This document shows positions 23,721-34,573 of a stretch of DNA of 64,000 nt, piece after piece; the first letter of the stretch is position 1, and the number at the start of each line of letters is the position of its first letter. Both the position numbers and the translations under genes were made by a program. Source of the stretch: Minutocellus sp. GHC0000111 (lineage: Eukaryota); NCBI GenBank assembly GCA_977018835.1, contig OZ361258.1, positions 1,116,001 through 1,180,000 on the forward strand. Reading direction: 5' to 3'. A model generated the notes under the pieces. It was not told the origin of the DNA and ran no database searches. It worked only from the letters and a program-made list of their open reading frames with translations.

Positions 23721-25871
23721 TCATTTCGATATAAAGATGCTGCCAAGCTTGGTAAGATCTTCGATTTCTTCATCTTCGGCCATAATATCAAATGGATCGA
23801 GGCCGTCTATTCCGGGTAGCTTGTTGATTTGCTCCAAGAAAGAATCGCGCTTCTCTTGTGCACCGTTCACCTCCGCGCCCGATGTGACAATTTCCGCTGC
23901 AATTTGGGAGTTTCTGTCGTCAAACTGTGGTGGTAGTGGTGTCTCAAGTGTTCCATTAGCACCAAGAATTTCGTTATAGGCGTGTGACACCATCGCAGCG
24001 CTCGAAGAAATTTCCATGGGTTCACTAATATTCGGAAAACCTTCCGAAGATAAGACAGCCGCTGGCTTTAACTCCGGCAGCTCCGACTCTTGCATTTCTT
24101 GTCCATACGTAGGCGCACTTTGATCGGCATTATCACCAACGGTTGCAGTCGTTCTTCCAGATGAATGTTGCTCATCTGTACCAAGCTCCTCCTCATCATC
24201 ATCAACATCATCGATCTCTGGTGACATCCTCATCTTTTTCTTCTTCTTTCTTTGATCCTCATGCTCGTGATCATATTCTTCCTGCCCCATTCGCTCCTTC
24301 GTGAGTCGAATTCGACGGCACAAGTTGTTAATGCGCTGCCTGAGTGATATGCCATCTTGATCAACCTTCTTGCCATTGAAGACATAACCCCCAACGACCA
24401 AAGCATCAAGCAGAGTCAACGACGGGTCATCCATTTTTGCCTGAGCCGCCTTTGCCATCCTTGGATCTGGCCGTCGTCCTTTGAACTTTGCCTTGCCCTT
24501 ACTCTCTTTGGCCTTTCTATTGTGCTGAGATATCGACGATTTCGCATGTAGTTTTGGCGATGGGACCTTGCGCTTGCTTTTGCTTTCGCTATTGATAGTA
24601 GGGTTTCGTGGTGTTGGGGACGATGGTGGAGGCGTTACCTTTGCCACTTTTGGCTTGATCTTACGGGTTCGTTTGGACTTTCGAGTCGATGGTGCTTCCT
24701 GGGGTAGCCTCCCGAGATCAGAGCTGCTCTCCTGAGCGATTCTGTTGGCGAGGAACTGATCCATGTTCAAAGTGATCGTCCCACCAAGCTCCACGGGCAG
24801 ACGTTCAATTGGCAAGCAGTAACCTTCTGCCAGATCTCGCAGTACTTTTTCCTGCGTCCCGAAGTGCATCTTGAATCTGAGCCGGAATTGCCTCCCAAGA
24901 ATCTGTTTCAGAACAGGATACATAACGAAATAGGCAACCTTGCTCGGATAACACAAGTGAATGCCACGAACCCGCACGGGCATTACTGATCCCATTACCT
25001 GTACGAGAAGTTTCATCTTTCTACTGTAGTGTTTCTTTTGGAGATTGCGACCATCTACGACGATGACAACACCGGCTCTTCGCACAGCGGGATCCTCCAT
25101 GCATGCCTCCAATAGGTACCACAATGCTTGGGCCTCCTGCCGGACACTGTACTCGGCAAAGTTCCGCCGAGCTGGCGATATGAAGATGATTGCTCGTCCG
25201 CATGTGTCCTTGACCGGCATGAGCTGAAATACTTTTCGTGTGGCCAGGTTGCCGGCCTCTTCTTTCATCGCCCCCGAAAGAGTCATCGGTCGATAACACA
25301 GGTCACCGAAAAGGCTGCTGCGGTATTCCCAATACCGAGCCAAGCGTCGCGACGCATGGCCAGTGTTGTTGTCCTCTCTCTCCAGAAATATCGCCTTGCG
25401 CTCTGGACCGACCTCTTCTGGACATTCCACCTCCGCTCGGCGGTATGCCTCCGTTTTGGAGGCAGGGAGCGACGACAGCGCTCTCCGAAGAGGTGAGAGT
25501 AGATGCGACACATCCCGATCGCTCAAACTCATTGCTGAGTCCTGCGCGGTACCGCTTGTGCCCGGGGTATTCCCCCGCAGATCGGACTGAGATGAAACAA
25601 TGTCATGGACAGTTAGCGATGCCATTTCTTTGCTCTCATCTTGCATTGTAAATGCAGGAGCCAGGTCGACATTGTCGTCGTCCCCATCGCCTTCTACGTC
25701 AAAGCTTCTACTTGCCGTACTGCCAAGCTCGTCGGTGTTGTGTACGTGATCATGGGCATGATCGGCGACGAGGGGCAAGTTTGTGCTACCGGCGGCATTC
25801 ATATCATGTTGAGGCGAGGGAGACCCCGCCTGTGGCGTTGAAGTATTATTGTTTGTCAGGAGTGGTTCCAT
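23721..25871 (-). CDS. CRAL-TRIO/Sec14-like lipid-binding domain protein with an additional basic C-terminal domain
   Basis: ASRRLARYWEYR..LFG, KDTCGRAII, GVVIVVD, MPVRVRGIHLC, LPVELGG are Sec14-type motifs. ORF open to 26183; start uncertain. Confidence 0.75.
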   Translation of the reverse strand: MEPLLTNNNTSTPQAGSPSPQHDMNAAGSTNLPLVADHAHDHVHNTDELGSTASRSFDVEGDGDDDNVDLAPAFTMQDESKEMASLTVHDIVSSQSDLRGNTPGTSGTAQDSAMSLSDRDVSHLLSPLRRALSSLPASKTEAYRRAEVECPEEVGPERKAIFLEREDNNTGHASRRLARYWEYRSSLFGDLCYRPMTLSGAMKEEAGNLATRKVFQLMPVKDTCGRAIIFISPARRNFAEYSVRQEAQALWYLLEACMEDPAVRRAGVVIVVDGRNLQKKHYSRKMKLLVQVMGSVMPVRVRGIHLCYPSKVAYFVMYPVLKQILGRQFRLRFKMHFGTQEKVLRDLAEGYCLPIERLPVELGGTITLNMDQFLANRIAQESSSDLGRLPQEAPSTRKSKRTRKIKPKVAKVTPPPSSPTPRNPTINSESKSKRKVPSPKLHAKSSISQHNRKAKESKGKAKFKGRRPDPRMAKAAQAKMDDPSLTLLDALVVGGYVFNGKKVDQDGISLRQRINNLCRRIRLTKERMGQEEYDHEHEDQRKKKKKMRMSPEIDDVDDDEEELGTDEQHSSGRTTATVGDNADQSAPTYGQEMQESELPELKPAAVLSSEGFPNISEPMEISSSAAMVSHAYNEILGANGTLETPLPPQFDDRNSQIAAEIVTSGAEVNGAQEKRDSFLEQINKLPGIDGLDPFDIMAEDEEIEDLTKLGSIFISK

Positions 25872-26230
25872 CCTGTTGCTTGTGGAAGGTTCGTCCTCCT
25901 CAATCTCCTGACTGACCTGCTGATACTTCCCTGTCGTTCGGCCAACTTGATGTCGGTCGAAGAGAAGCCCAGTGCGCGGTACAGTGAAGCAGCTGAAGAT
26001 TCGGTGTCGTACCACGTGCATCAATGCGAGAATAATAAAGCGCGCGGCCGGCCAAGTTCTGCCTGCTGCTGCTGCTGGCTCGCGCGCCAACCTGCAGTGT
26101 GGGATGGTTGGTGATGATGAGAGCAATGTTAGAATTGCAAAATAAATAAGTTCTAGCCAAAGTTTTAGACTCTCTACTACCATGGTAGCTAGTCTATGTA
26201 TTAATAGCTAGCTAGCTACTAGATCTAGTA

Positions 26231-26731
26231 CAGTCCGTTCTCACCTATAAGCAATTGGTAATAATTGCTTTTTAGGCGAGACCTAATATTTCGCCACCTC
26301 CTAAGCAATCTGAGACCTTATTGCTGGGCAATTGCTTAGTTTCAGCGCTGTGTCAGCAGTTTCCATCATCTCGGAAACTCATTTCTCGTTCGATGCGTAG
26401 TTGGTGGTGACTACTACAGGCTTCAGGACTTTGGCGAGAACGAAGTTTCATGCCTGTCGAAGGAAGCCTTTGGCACTCTTGCTACTGGTGAGAAGGAAGC
26501 CAACCTCGGTGTCAATCTAAGCGCGTGGTCTGTTGTGAAGCTGGAGCAAGGAAATGTTGACCTTTGTTCGACTTTACTACCGTAGTAGTAGCATTTTGTA
26601 ATTTTATTTAGCATCTGCCACGTCATCACTCAATAAGCAATTGCTTAGCCCAGACCCCAAATTTTCGGAGGTTGTAAGCAATTTGAGACCTCGGGCCCGA
26701 GTCTCAATTGCTTATAGGTGAGAACAGACTG
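26231..26731. mobile_element. Non-autonomous Tc1/mariner-like MITE (501 bp)
   Basis: 27-bp TIRs CAGTC(C/T)GTTCTCACCTATAAGCAATTG with 1 mismatch; TA on both flanks; internal subterminal TAAGCAAT(C/T)TGAGACCT repeats; no transposase ORF. Confidence 0.85.
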
Positions 26732-26869
26732 TACATGTACGTGTACCGGTACTAGTAGGTCTACCGGCGTTGCGCAGGCACGGGCCAGTGCATCAATCAA
26801 TTCTCTCTCTCGCCAATCAAAAAAATAAAAAGAAACACAGACAAGATAGATCTACTTAACCCTGTGCTC

Positions 26870-28453
26870 TCACAAATTCGCCTCGGCATGTGCCAGAATG
26901 TTCTTCTTGTACTCTTCATCTTTCATCATGTTCCGGAGGACACTCCAGGCAGCCTGGAAATCCACATCATCGTCCGTCCTAAGAAGCAAATCCGCAGCCT
27001 CGTTTGGATCCAGCCGAGGCTTGTTATCCTCGGCCGCATCATACTGTGATGTGTCCAACTTATCACCCGTCTTACTTTCGTCCAGCACTGGGAGATTCTT
27101 TGCCTGGAACAAGTCCATGAACATTACGTCGATATTGTCCTTCAAGAGCCACACCCACTTGCCAAAGAGAGGAAGGCCAAAGCGAAAACCAAGGGCTGTT
27201 CCATCGCCGGCCATGAGGAGCTTCAGAAAATCACTCTGTGGGTTGTATTTGGTCAGTGCATCCTTAGACTTTCCGGCGAGATATCCAGCCAAGTTCTCGA
27301 TGAGAATGGGTCCTGCTCGGACGGCATATACACCAGCCTTTGGGGGGCTTGGCTTGTTCTCTGGGAGCCCTTCAATGGTGCAGCAATCTCCAGCCGCAAA
27401 GATCTCCGGGTGCGACACCGATTGCAAAGTCGGACCGACGCGGATCCAACCTCTCTCTGATACGGCAATTCCACGCTCCCGGAGCTTGTCAGCAAGTGGA
27501 TGGCGGTTGGCGCCCGTTGCCCAGACGATATGACTGCACGGTGTCTTTTCTCCATTTTCCAGAGTGACCTCATCTTTGGTAATTTCCTGAACTTGCGCCT
27601 GATGTTGAACGTCAATGTTGCGATCCGACAAAATCTTGCGAAGTGCCTGACGGCACGGCAGAGTTTCATTCGGGAGTAGGTCATCACCAGAGTCCAGCAG
27701 AGTCACCTTCAACGTGCTACCGCTGCTGCTGTCATCCTCATTCGCAAACAGATAATTCCAGCGAGCTTTCATGGCAAGGCTCAATTCAATACCGGCAGCT
27801 CCACCGCCGACCACAACCACGTGGGCCCCGTCCTCCTTTTTCCACGACCCATTCTCCAATTTCGATTTGAGAACCTCTTCCTCGTCGGCGATGCGCTTGA
27901 CCAGATCCGAGATGGGCCTCGTGGGGATGGTGTACTCGGCCGCGCCGGGCGTTTCGTCCAGGCCGCGAGTTGCTGACCCAATATCAAATGAAACAGCGTC
28001 GTATTCGACGCATGTAGTGGTGTCATCGCCACCATCGACATCATTCAGATAAATCGTTTGTTTCTCGGGATCGACATCCACCACCGATCGCTTCATGAAA
28101 TCAATCGATGCCCATTCGGCCAGCGGTCGGAGATGGATCAATGTCTGTTCGGGAGTGTAAAGCTTGGAGACGCACCCGGGGACCATGCCGGAGTAGGAGG
28201 CGCTCTCCTGCGGATCGATGAGGGTAACATGAACGGATGCCGGTCGGGACAGTCGGTTGAGGGCTTTGATTACCTGGACGTGGCCGTGGCCGCCACCCAC
28301 AAGTACCAGGCGCTGCATGCTCTTGCCGTTGGAAGTAGGAGTAGAAGACGTAGACATGTGAAGGCGGAATGCAGATACGAATATGCGAGGTGCTTGTGCA
28401 ACGAAAATGAGGTATGCCAAGAGAAGGAATGAGGTCTTCACTGCAATATTCAT
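26870..28453 (-). CDS. FAD-dependent pyridine nucleotide-disulfide oxidoreductase (type found N-terminal to SelD), probably plastid-targeted
   Basis: LVLVGGGHGH, YSGMVPG, YDAVSFDIGS, VVVGGGAAGIELSLA, IFAAGDC, PKAGVYAVRAGPIL, VWLLKDNID. Signal peptide followed by VSAF. Confidence 0.85.
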   Translation of the reverse strand: MNIAVKTSFLLLAYLIFVAQAPRIFVSAFRLHMSTSSTPTSNGKSMQRLVLVGGGHGHVQVIKALNRLSRPASVHVTLIDPQESASYSGMVPGCVSKLYTPEQTLIHLRPLAEWASIDFMKRSVVDVDPEKQTIYLNDVDGGDDTTTCVEYDAVSFDIGSATRGLDETPGAAEYTIPTRPISDLVKRIADEEEVLKSKLENGSWKKEDGAHVVVVGGGAAGIELSLAMKARWNYLFANEDDSSSGSTLKVTLLDSGDDLLPNETLPCRQALRKILSDRNIDVQHQAQVQEITKDEVTLENGEKTPCSHIVWATGANRHPLADKLRERGIAVSERGWIRVGPTLQSVSHPEIFAAGDCCTIEGLPENKPSPPKAGVYAVRAGPILIENLAGYLAGKSKDALTKYNPQSDFLKLLMAGDGTALGFRFGLPLFGKWVWLLKDNIDVMFMDLFQAKNLPVLDESKTGDKLDTSQYDAAEDNKPRLDPNEAADLLLRTDDDVDFQAAWSVLRNMMKDEEYKKNILAHAEANL

Positions 28454-28772
28454 TTCGATCCAGGGCAAATGATGCGTCACCAGGTTCGCCGGTCCATCTC
28501 TTTCCCTCCATCCAGGCTCTTCGGCCTTGGGCATTTCTCCGATGATATCTAATCCCGTTTTTCAGTTTGGTCCCGACCCAATGGCAAAAAGTGGAACATC
28601 TTGCAATCAAAATGTAGACCACATACTTCGACTGTGCCACCACAGATTTCGTATTTTCAATGCCTCCCACTTGCTTGAACAAGCTCACAATCTCGCAATC
28701 CGCCAGTCGATCGCCAGTGAAAGCCCTCACAATTCAATCATCTACCGGTATCACAAACCAAATAATATAACC

Positions 28773-29892
28773 ATGCTCTTTTCCAACAAGACAACCCTTG
28801 GCCTCGTCGCCCTCTCCACTCTTGTTGCCTCGTCTGCCGCCACCGATGCCGTTCGTCTTGGCCGTCGCAATCTTGCCGCCAACGCGGAGCAGAACGTCGA
28901 GGGGGAAGATCTCAACGGCCTTCGCAAACTTGGAAAGAAGAAGGAGAAGAAAGGGAGAAAGACAAGGGCTCCCAAGGTCAAGAAGACGAGGGCTCCCAAG
29001 GGAACAACTCATCCGAAAACACAGAAGAGCGGCAAGTCTGGCAAGGCCGAAGGTGCCCTTTACGTGAGTTATCGAATTAGTACATTTTCATGAACTTTTT
29101 TGCTCCAAATGCATTTGCCCTTGCTCTCTTGGAATATCTGCACTGGTCTTTGGACTCTTTGATTGTAATATCGAATTTATTCTGCTTGTAATAATTGCAA
29201 CCGTACCGGTGATATATCTGACAATCAAATGTCTTGTTCCGATCATGCATTGCCATTCTACACAACTTCCACAGCACGCCGACCTTGGAACGTACGGTGA
29301 CTTCTACCTGCAGGTTACCGATCAGGGAACTATGAGCTGGGTCTCCGACTTGGCCAACCTGAACCACCTGCCCTACTTCAAACTCCCCACTAACCTTCCC
29401 GCCAACAGCGTTCCCGACCTCGGATATCACCTCCATAACAAGTGGGTCCAGGGCACCGGCACAAAATACGAAGATACCCAGGGCGGATGTGCATCTGACC
29501 ATACCGGCGGTCATTACGATCCCTACTTGGCCTGTGGTGGTGCCTCTGCTCAACCTGCTTCTAGCTGTATTCCAGTCCACGGTCTTAACTACAAGGCCGA
29601 ATACAACTGCTCTTATGCCGATTCCTGCTACAGCACATGCGAGGTTGGCGATCTTTCGGGCAAGTACGGCAACCTCGACGTTGACTATTACGGTGGCGTC
29701 CACAGCGTCGTTGAGCACGATCCCTTCCCCGCTCTTACGTGCCACTACGATGAGACCGGCATGGCGAACGATCCGTTCAAGTTTGCTTCCGTCGTTTTCC
29801 ACGCCCCTGGCGGCGACCGTGTCCTCTGCGGCAAACTCGAAAAGGTAGCGGATGGCAAGGGTGCCAAGAGCTCCAAGAGCAGCAGTTGGTAG
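28773..29892 (+). CDS. Secreted Cu-only-type superoxide dismutase-like protein with Lys-rich segments
   Basis: Signal peptide; intron 29064-29274 in frame; YHLH, GGHYDP, CEVGDLSGK, SVVFH, RVLC motifs. Confidence 0.8.
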
Positions 29893-30290
29893 ACCTGGCT
29901 AGAGGACGGCGCGTTTATCTTCGATGTACATATGTACGTATCTTTGAAATCGGGAGCCTTGCTGCTTTGTTTTCTGGAAACATTTCAGCTGTTGGAAGGC
30001 TGCGCGATATATGTAAGACATAGACCACTATAGACACAACTGACTTTTTCTTCTGGGCCTGATATATCGACTGATGCAGCAGTGTTTGCCATGTTTGCAC
30101 AGGCGCAAAGATGTTCAACGTATGCGTGTTGCATCTCTTTCCCTCAATAAATCATTGCTTGAAGGCAACTTGCCAACCGAAGAGGCGAAAAGATTAGATA
30201 TGCGTAGGAATTCATATGATGCAATGCAGAATCACCCTCACTGCACTTCAGCGATCATCGTCATCACCACGACAGCCCCGGACACATCGC

Positions 30291-30689
30291 TCAACCTCTC
30301 TTGGGCATGGAGATCACGACGTTGTTCTCGTCCACTCGAATCACCACCCTGTGAATGTCGGGCTGGATCTCGTCCATCACCTCGGCCGACACGGAGTCGG
30401 TGGTCTCGCCCTGGATGTAGTTGGCGCAGTCCTCCCCCTGCCACCCGACGCATTCCGGCCACGGTCCGTTCTGCGGATCGGGATTTCCGAACGCGTTGGT
30501 GTTGTCGACCACCGGCGCGGCCGTGGGGGGAGCGGTTGTGGGAGCGGCGGTGGGGGCGGCAGTGGCCTGGAGGTTCCCGATGCCCAATCCTAGTCCGGTG
30601 AGCTGCGCGGATGACGGTGCCGGTCCCTTCATCGCCGCGAGGACGAGGAAGCACAGGCATGTTCGGGTCAGAGAAGCGAGGGGATTCAT
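30291..30689 (-). CDS. Small secreted potato inhibitor I (I13)-type protease inhibitor
   Basis: Signal-like N-terminus, (TAAP)n linker, then GPWPECVG..GEDC...I......RVVIRVDENNVVISMPKRG. Confidence 0.75.
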   Translation of the reverse strand: MNPLASLTRTCLCFLVLAAMKGPAPSSAQLTGLGLGIGNLQATAAPTAAPTTAPPTAAPVVDNTNAFGNPDPQNGPWPECVGWQGEDCANYIQGETTDSVSAEVMDEIQPDIHRVVIRVDENNVVISMPKRG

Positions 30690-31114
30690 ATTGGTTGTTG
30701 GGGCAGGATGGCAGGATAAACGGCAGAATGGGCAGAGGAAGGCGGGACAGATCTCATCAGCAATGGCCCTTGACAAAGATAAGACGATGACCTCCAAGTC
30801 AGGGAAACACCAAATCCGAAAACTGAAATAGGGGGAAATGAACTATCATTTCGAACAATACTTTTATGCAAATTATAAAAGGGGTATACCATTATTAGGG
30901 AGATGGTTGATGCATACAGGGGGCAGTTTTCAGAAACTGGACGTCAAAACGACGTCACCCAGGTCTTCAGGTTTCTTGGTCCATCACGTGGGCGGGCCGG
31001 TGTCAGATCTGCCGAATTTTCTTTACCGCAAAACTCCATCGAACTCTGCACGGGGCGCAGCCGTGCTTCCACCTCATTTTTCGGGAAATATCGACAACAC
31101 ATTGCAAAATACCC

Positions 31115-31783
31115 ATGTTATTGAGTAAATTCCGCAACAATAACCGCCGTATCAACGATAATACCAGGAAGCCCAGCCGCTCCTCTTGGGCAGTAGGCGT
31201 GGGCAGGCGTAGGAAGGCCAGGATTGCCCCAGGCGCTTCGAACGACGAGGACGAGGTCAAGAAGCAGAAGCAGCCTACCAAGCCTAAAAAGAAGATGACG
31301 GCCACAACCAGCAGACGGGGCAAATCTTCCATGACATCCGGTCGTGTCAAGCGTTCCGAGACCAAGAATCACCCAGCCAACATCAACGTTCCCCTCGGAG
31401 TGATTGCCGTGGACGTCCCACCCCTCATGACACAGGACGAGCTGCACCGTGCCAAGAAGAAGTGCCACACCACGGCCCACCGTCTGCACAAGATCAAGCG
31501 TCGTCTTCTGCTGGATATCGCCGAGGAACAGAGCATGACCAGCGAGGCCACGTCCCACGCGACGCCATCCACTACTGCTTTGGTGGAGCGATCTGCTGAC
31601 GATCAGCCCATTACGACTACCTCCAACCGTCGTCCTCGCCGTGGCAGGAGGAACCGCACTGCGTCGTTCATGCCCCAGCACCAGAATAGTGACTCCACTA
31701 TGGAGACATTCTTTGGTGCCTCCAGCAGCAGCTTCGGTTCGTCGTTTGACGACACCGAAAATGCTGGTCCCGGTGGCGAGTGA
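31115..31783 (+). CDS. Hypothetical basic protein
   Basis: 222-aa ORF, Lys/Arg-rich with coding-like codon usage; no recognisable domain. Confidence 0.45.
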   Translation: MLLSKFRNNNRRINDNTRKPSRSSWAVGVGRRRKARIAPGASNDEDEVKKQKQPTKPKKKMTATTSRRGKSSMTSGRVKRSETKNHPANINVPLGVIAVDVPPLMTQDELHRAKKKCHTTAHRLHKIKRRLLLDIAEEQSMTSEATSHATPSTTALVERSADDQPITTTSNRRPRRGRRNRTASFMPQHQNSDSTMETFFGASSSSFGSSFDDTENAGPGGE

Positions 31784-32364
31784 AAACATTCGTAATCATA
31801 AAGCTTGCATCGAGTCGACTACGTGTAAGACCCACCGCATCGATTCAGACGCGAGGGCTGGCTGCTGAACATCACACCGTTCTAACAGTATGAGAAGATC
31901 TATTAGTTGTTTAGAGAAAAGAATCTTCGCCGGCCGGTCCTATATTTCATCGCAACTATATCTGTCTTCATCAAGAGAAACATGTCTTCCCACACGTAAA
32001 TTCCTCGCATGTTCATCTGCATTATCAACAAGACGCTTTACAAATCAGCAAAGAATGCCGCTGGCATGCCGCTGGTAGACATGGCTGCATAAGCTTCGTC
32101 TCTTTTTGTATTTTCCTATTCATTGATAGGTCCCTAGGGAGATCTGAAATTGCCATGACTTTGTCGAGAACACTTGTTATTGTGCCTTTCACACACACAT
32201 CTAAGGAGTTGGACGAAGCTGTTTATTTGGTCCTTATCGAAAATAATTAATTTTAGACAAAAATATTTTAGATGAGCTTCTACTGTAATGGAAGCCGATA
32301 TTTGCTTTTTTGCTTGAATGGGATATTTGCTTGAATGGGTGGGATTATCACCTGGAACAAATTC

Positions 32365-33543
32365 CTACAATCTCCGGGCCGTCATTTTCTTGATCCTGCC
32401 AATACGTTTAAACATCTCCATCTGAACCAAATGATCATAACTACGGAGGGCCTTATGGTTTTCCTCATAAGTCGAATCCAAACCTATACTCTCCTCTACC
32501 TTTACCTTCCATTTCTCTTGAGCTTCCAAAAAGACACTTTCTGAAGCTCCATTCCTATAGTCCTTCTCTAATCGTTCCTGGATTTGGTATAGCTTTCGGG
32601 CTTCTTTTTGTGCTGTGTCCGCAGCTTGTTTTGCAGCATTTGTTGCCGCCTCGATATTCGTGAATTGTTCGTAGAGAGTGAGCCAGTCGTTGATATACTC
32701 CCACTGTGGGCCCGTTTCCGGTGTGAAGGTTACTTCGGGAATTATTTGGGCCTCTGCCCAGCCCTCGATGTAGAGCATCATCCCTTTAATGTTGAAGTGC
32801 TCAATGATCGGTCCAGGAGTCTCTGGTGTGCACTGATATACATGTATCATTGACGCTCGGTCTGTCATCGCCTTGCTGAAGTCAGAACCGACGTAAATGA
32901 ACTTTGCCTTCTCCCACCGCTGGGGATAATAGGGCTGTTTCACGTTCATTTCGTGGCAATACAATCCCATGGTATTGGCTCTGCCGATGAAATTAGATAC
33001 ATCCAACTCCGACTCGAGGGCGCCTTCGATGTGCCATGGTGCACCGTAGGTCCCGCGACCCTGGCCATGAAGGCGGTCCCTGAACTCTTTGTACCCAAAC
33101 ACCAAGTCTTCATTGTGGGCAAGTCCGTGCCACCATAACACAATACTAGATACCCACCGGTCTCTAAGTGATTCACGCAAAATCGAAAGAAGAAAACATT
33201 GAAGTACTTTCAATCCTGTCAATTTGTCCCGAGAAAGAGCCAGTGTATGGAGTGGCGTGGGACGGATACAAGGATTGTAAGTGAAATTCTTCTGATTGAT
33301 GCGCCGTTCCAGATCCTCGTTGTGAGCCGCCAACCTTGGAATCTCACGGTCGATGTCAACAATGAGTGATTGGTGTTTTCGGAGTAGATTTTCGTGAGAA
33401 AGAGGTGGGTTCCTTTCGGCCTTTGGCCACTCTGATATCAGTTCGTGGGTTTCCCTTGCCCAGGGCGGTAGCTTATCGCTCTCATTCTCTATCTCGCGGC
33501 GGATAAGCGCCATTATATCAGAGTTGGAAGAGCCTGAGGCCAT
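32365..33543 (-). CDS. Hypothetical protein with coiled-coil termini
   Basis: Uninterrupted 392-aa ORF with globular-like composition; no family recognised. Confidence 0.6.
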   Translation of the reverse strand: MASGSSNSDIMALIRREIENESDKLPPWARETHELISEWPKAERNPPLSHENLLRKHQSLIVDIDREIPRLAAHNEDLERRINQKNFTYNPCIRPTPLHTLALSRDKLTGLKVLQCFLLSILRESLRDRWVSSIVLWWHGLAHNEDLVFGYKEFRDRLHGQGRGTYGAPWHIEGALESELDVSNFIGRANTMGLYCHEMNVKQPYYPQRWEKAKFIYVGSDFSKAMTDRASMIHVYQCTPETPGPIIEHFNIKGMMLYIEGWAEAQIIPEVTFTPETGPQWEYINDWLTLYEQFTNIEAATNAAKQAADTAQKEARKLYQIQERLEKDYRNGASESVFLEAQEKWKVKVEESIGLDSTYEENHKALRSYDHLVQMEMFKRIGRIKKMTARRL

Positions 33544-33730
33544 TTTGAAACAAAAGCAACATGGAAATTCTGCCGAAGAAATGAATGAATCGAATCAAGT
33601 GGAGTAAGTGGTGCAGGGGGAGGGGGGGGATTCTTCCACGTCTACGTCTGCATACATGCACTTTCTGGTTTGTTTGGCAATCAACGGAAACTGCAAAACG
33701 GAGTACCACTCCTAATACATAACCCCAAAG

Positions 33731-34573
33731 TCAGGTCGATCCATCTCTTCTCCCCACAACGGCCACAAAGGGATCGCCGCCAACTCCACACATACTCAAT
33801 AGCTGCGCCACGGCCCCCGTCCCGTCACCTCGCACCTCAATCTCTCCCTCGACAAATCCACCCGCCGCCCGCAGATAATCTGTCACCAGCCTCGACCGCT
33901 CTTTCATCCCCCGTTCCATCCACCCGACCAATGCCTTCTGGTAGAAGAACCGGTTGGTAAATGACACGACGCACAGGCCCGTGTCGGGTTTGAGTATCCG
34001 TGCCACCTCGGCAAACACCTGCTCGGGTTCCTCCAAATATTGCACACCGACGCAACACAGAACGCAGTCGTAGGTGCTGGTGTCGGCCAACCCCACGAAG
34101 CTGGGATTGTCGTTCAAATTTCGAACATATGCGTTTCCGTTCGTCATTCTTCGGGCTTCGTTGGCCATTAGTTCTTCCTCGTTCATCCCATGGACGTCGA
34201 TCCGTGCATAATGGTTGGATTGTACCTTTTGAGGGGGCAAATGACTGACGTGGCTGCTCATCATGTCGAGAATGACGGCATCCTTTGGCAAAAGTTCGTC
34301 GTAAAGTGCCGTCAGTTTGGCTATAAAGACATCGTCGGTATGCGTCACGAGGTTGGGACGAGAATAAAAGTCATTGTCTCTTTGAGTGTCGGACTTGGAC
34401 CGGTCCAGGGAGGTGAGACGTCCGATGGGCTGCCGGCGGAGGGTTGTGCCGCCGCCGCTGCTGCTGGAAGATGAGAGGGCCGAAGCGAATATTGGGCCGG
34501 TGTGGCAGACTGGCAGTAAAAGTAGAAGAGAAGCTAGTATTAGAGGCGAACGTTGGATAGCTGGGGCGAGCAT
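33731..34573 (-). CDS. Class I SAM-dependent methyltransferase (Methyltransf_11-like), signal peptide/possible plastid targeting
   Basis: D.DFYSRPNLVTHTDD, ILDMMSSHVSHLP, GMNEEEL..N, YDCVLCCVGVQYLEEPEQVFAEVARILKP, SFTNRFFYQKA, DPFVAVVG; hydrophobic N-terminus from ATG 34573. Confidence 0.85.
   Translation of the reverse strand: MLAPAIQRSPLILASLLLLLPVCHTGPIFASALSSSSSSGGGTTLRRQPIGRLTSLDRSKSDTQRDNDFYSRPNLVTHTDDVFIAKLTALYDELLPKDAVILDMMSSHVSHLPPQKVQSNHYARIDVHGMNEEELMANEARRMTNGNAYVRNLNDNPSFVGLADTSTYDCVLCCVGVQYLEEPEQVFAEVARILKPDTGLCVVSFTNRFFYQKALVGWMERGMKERSRLVTDYLRAAGGFVEGEIEVRGDGTGAVAQLLSMCGVGGDPFVAVVGRRDGST

Noticed and set aside
31118..31789. 223-aa minus-strand ORF mirroring 31115..31783
   Set aside because: Typical antisense shadow of a GC3-rich coding frame; the same applies to many short overlapping ORFs in POT1, UPF2, TOP3B and HCP.
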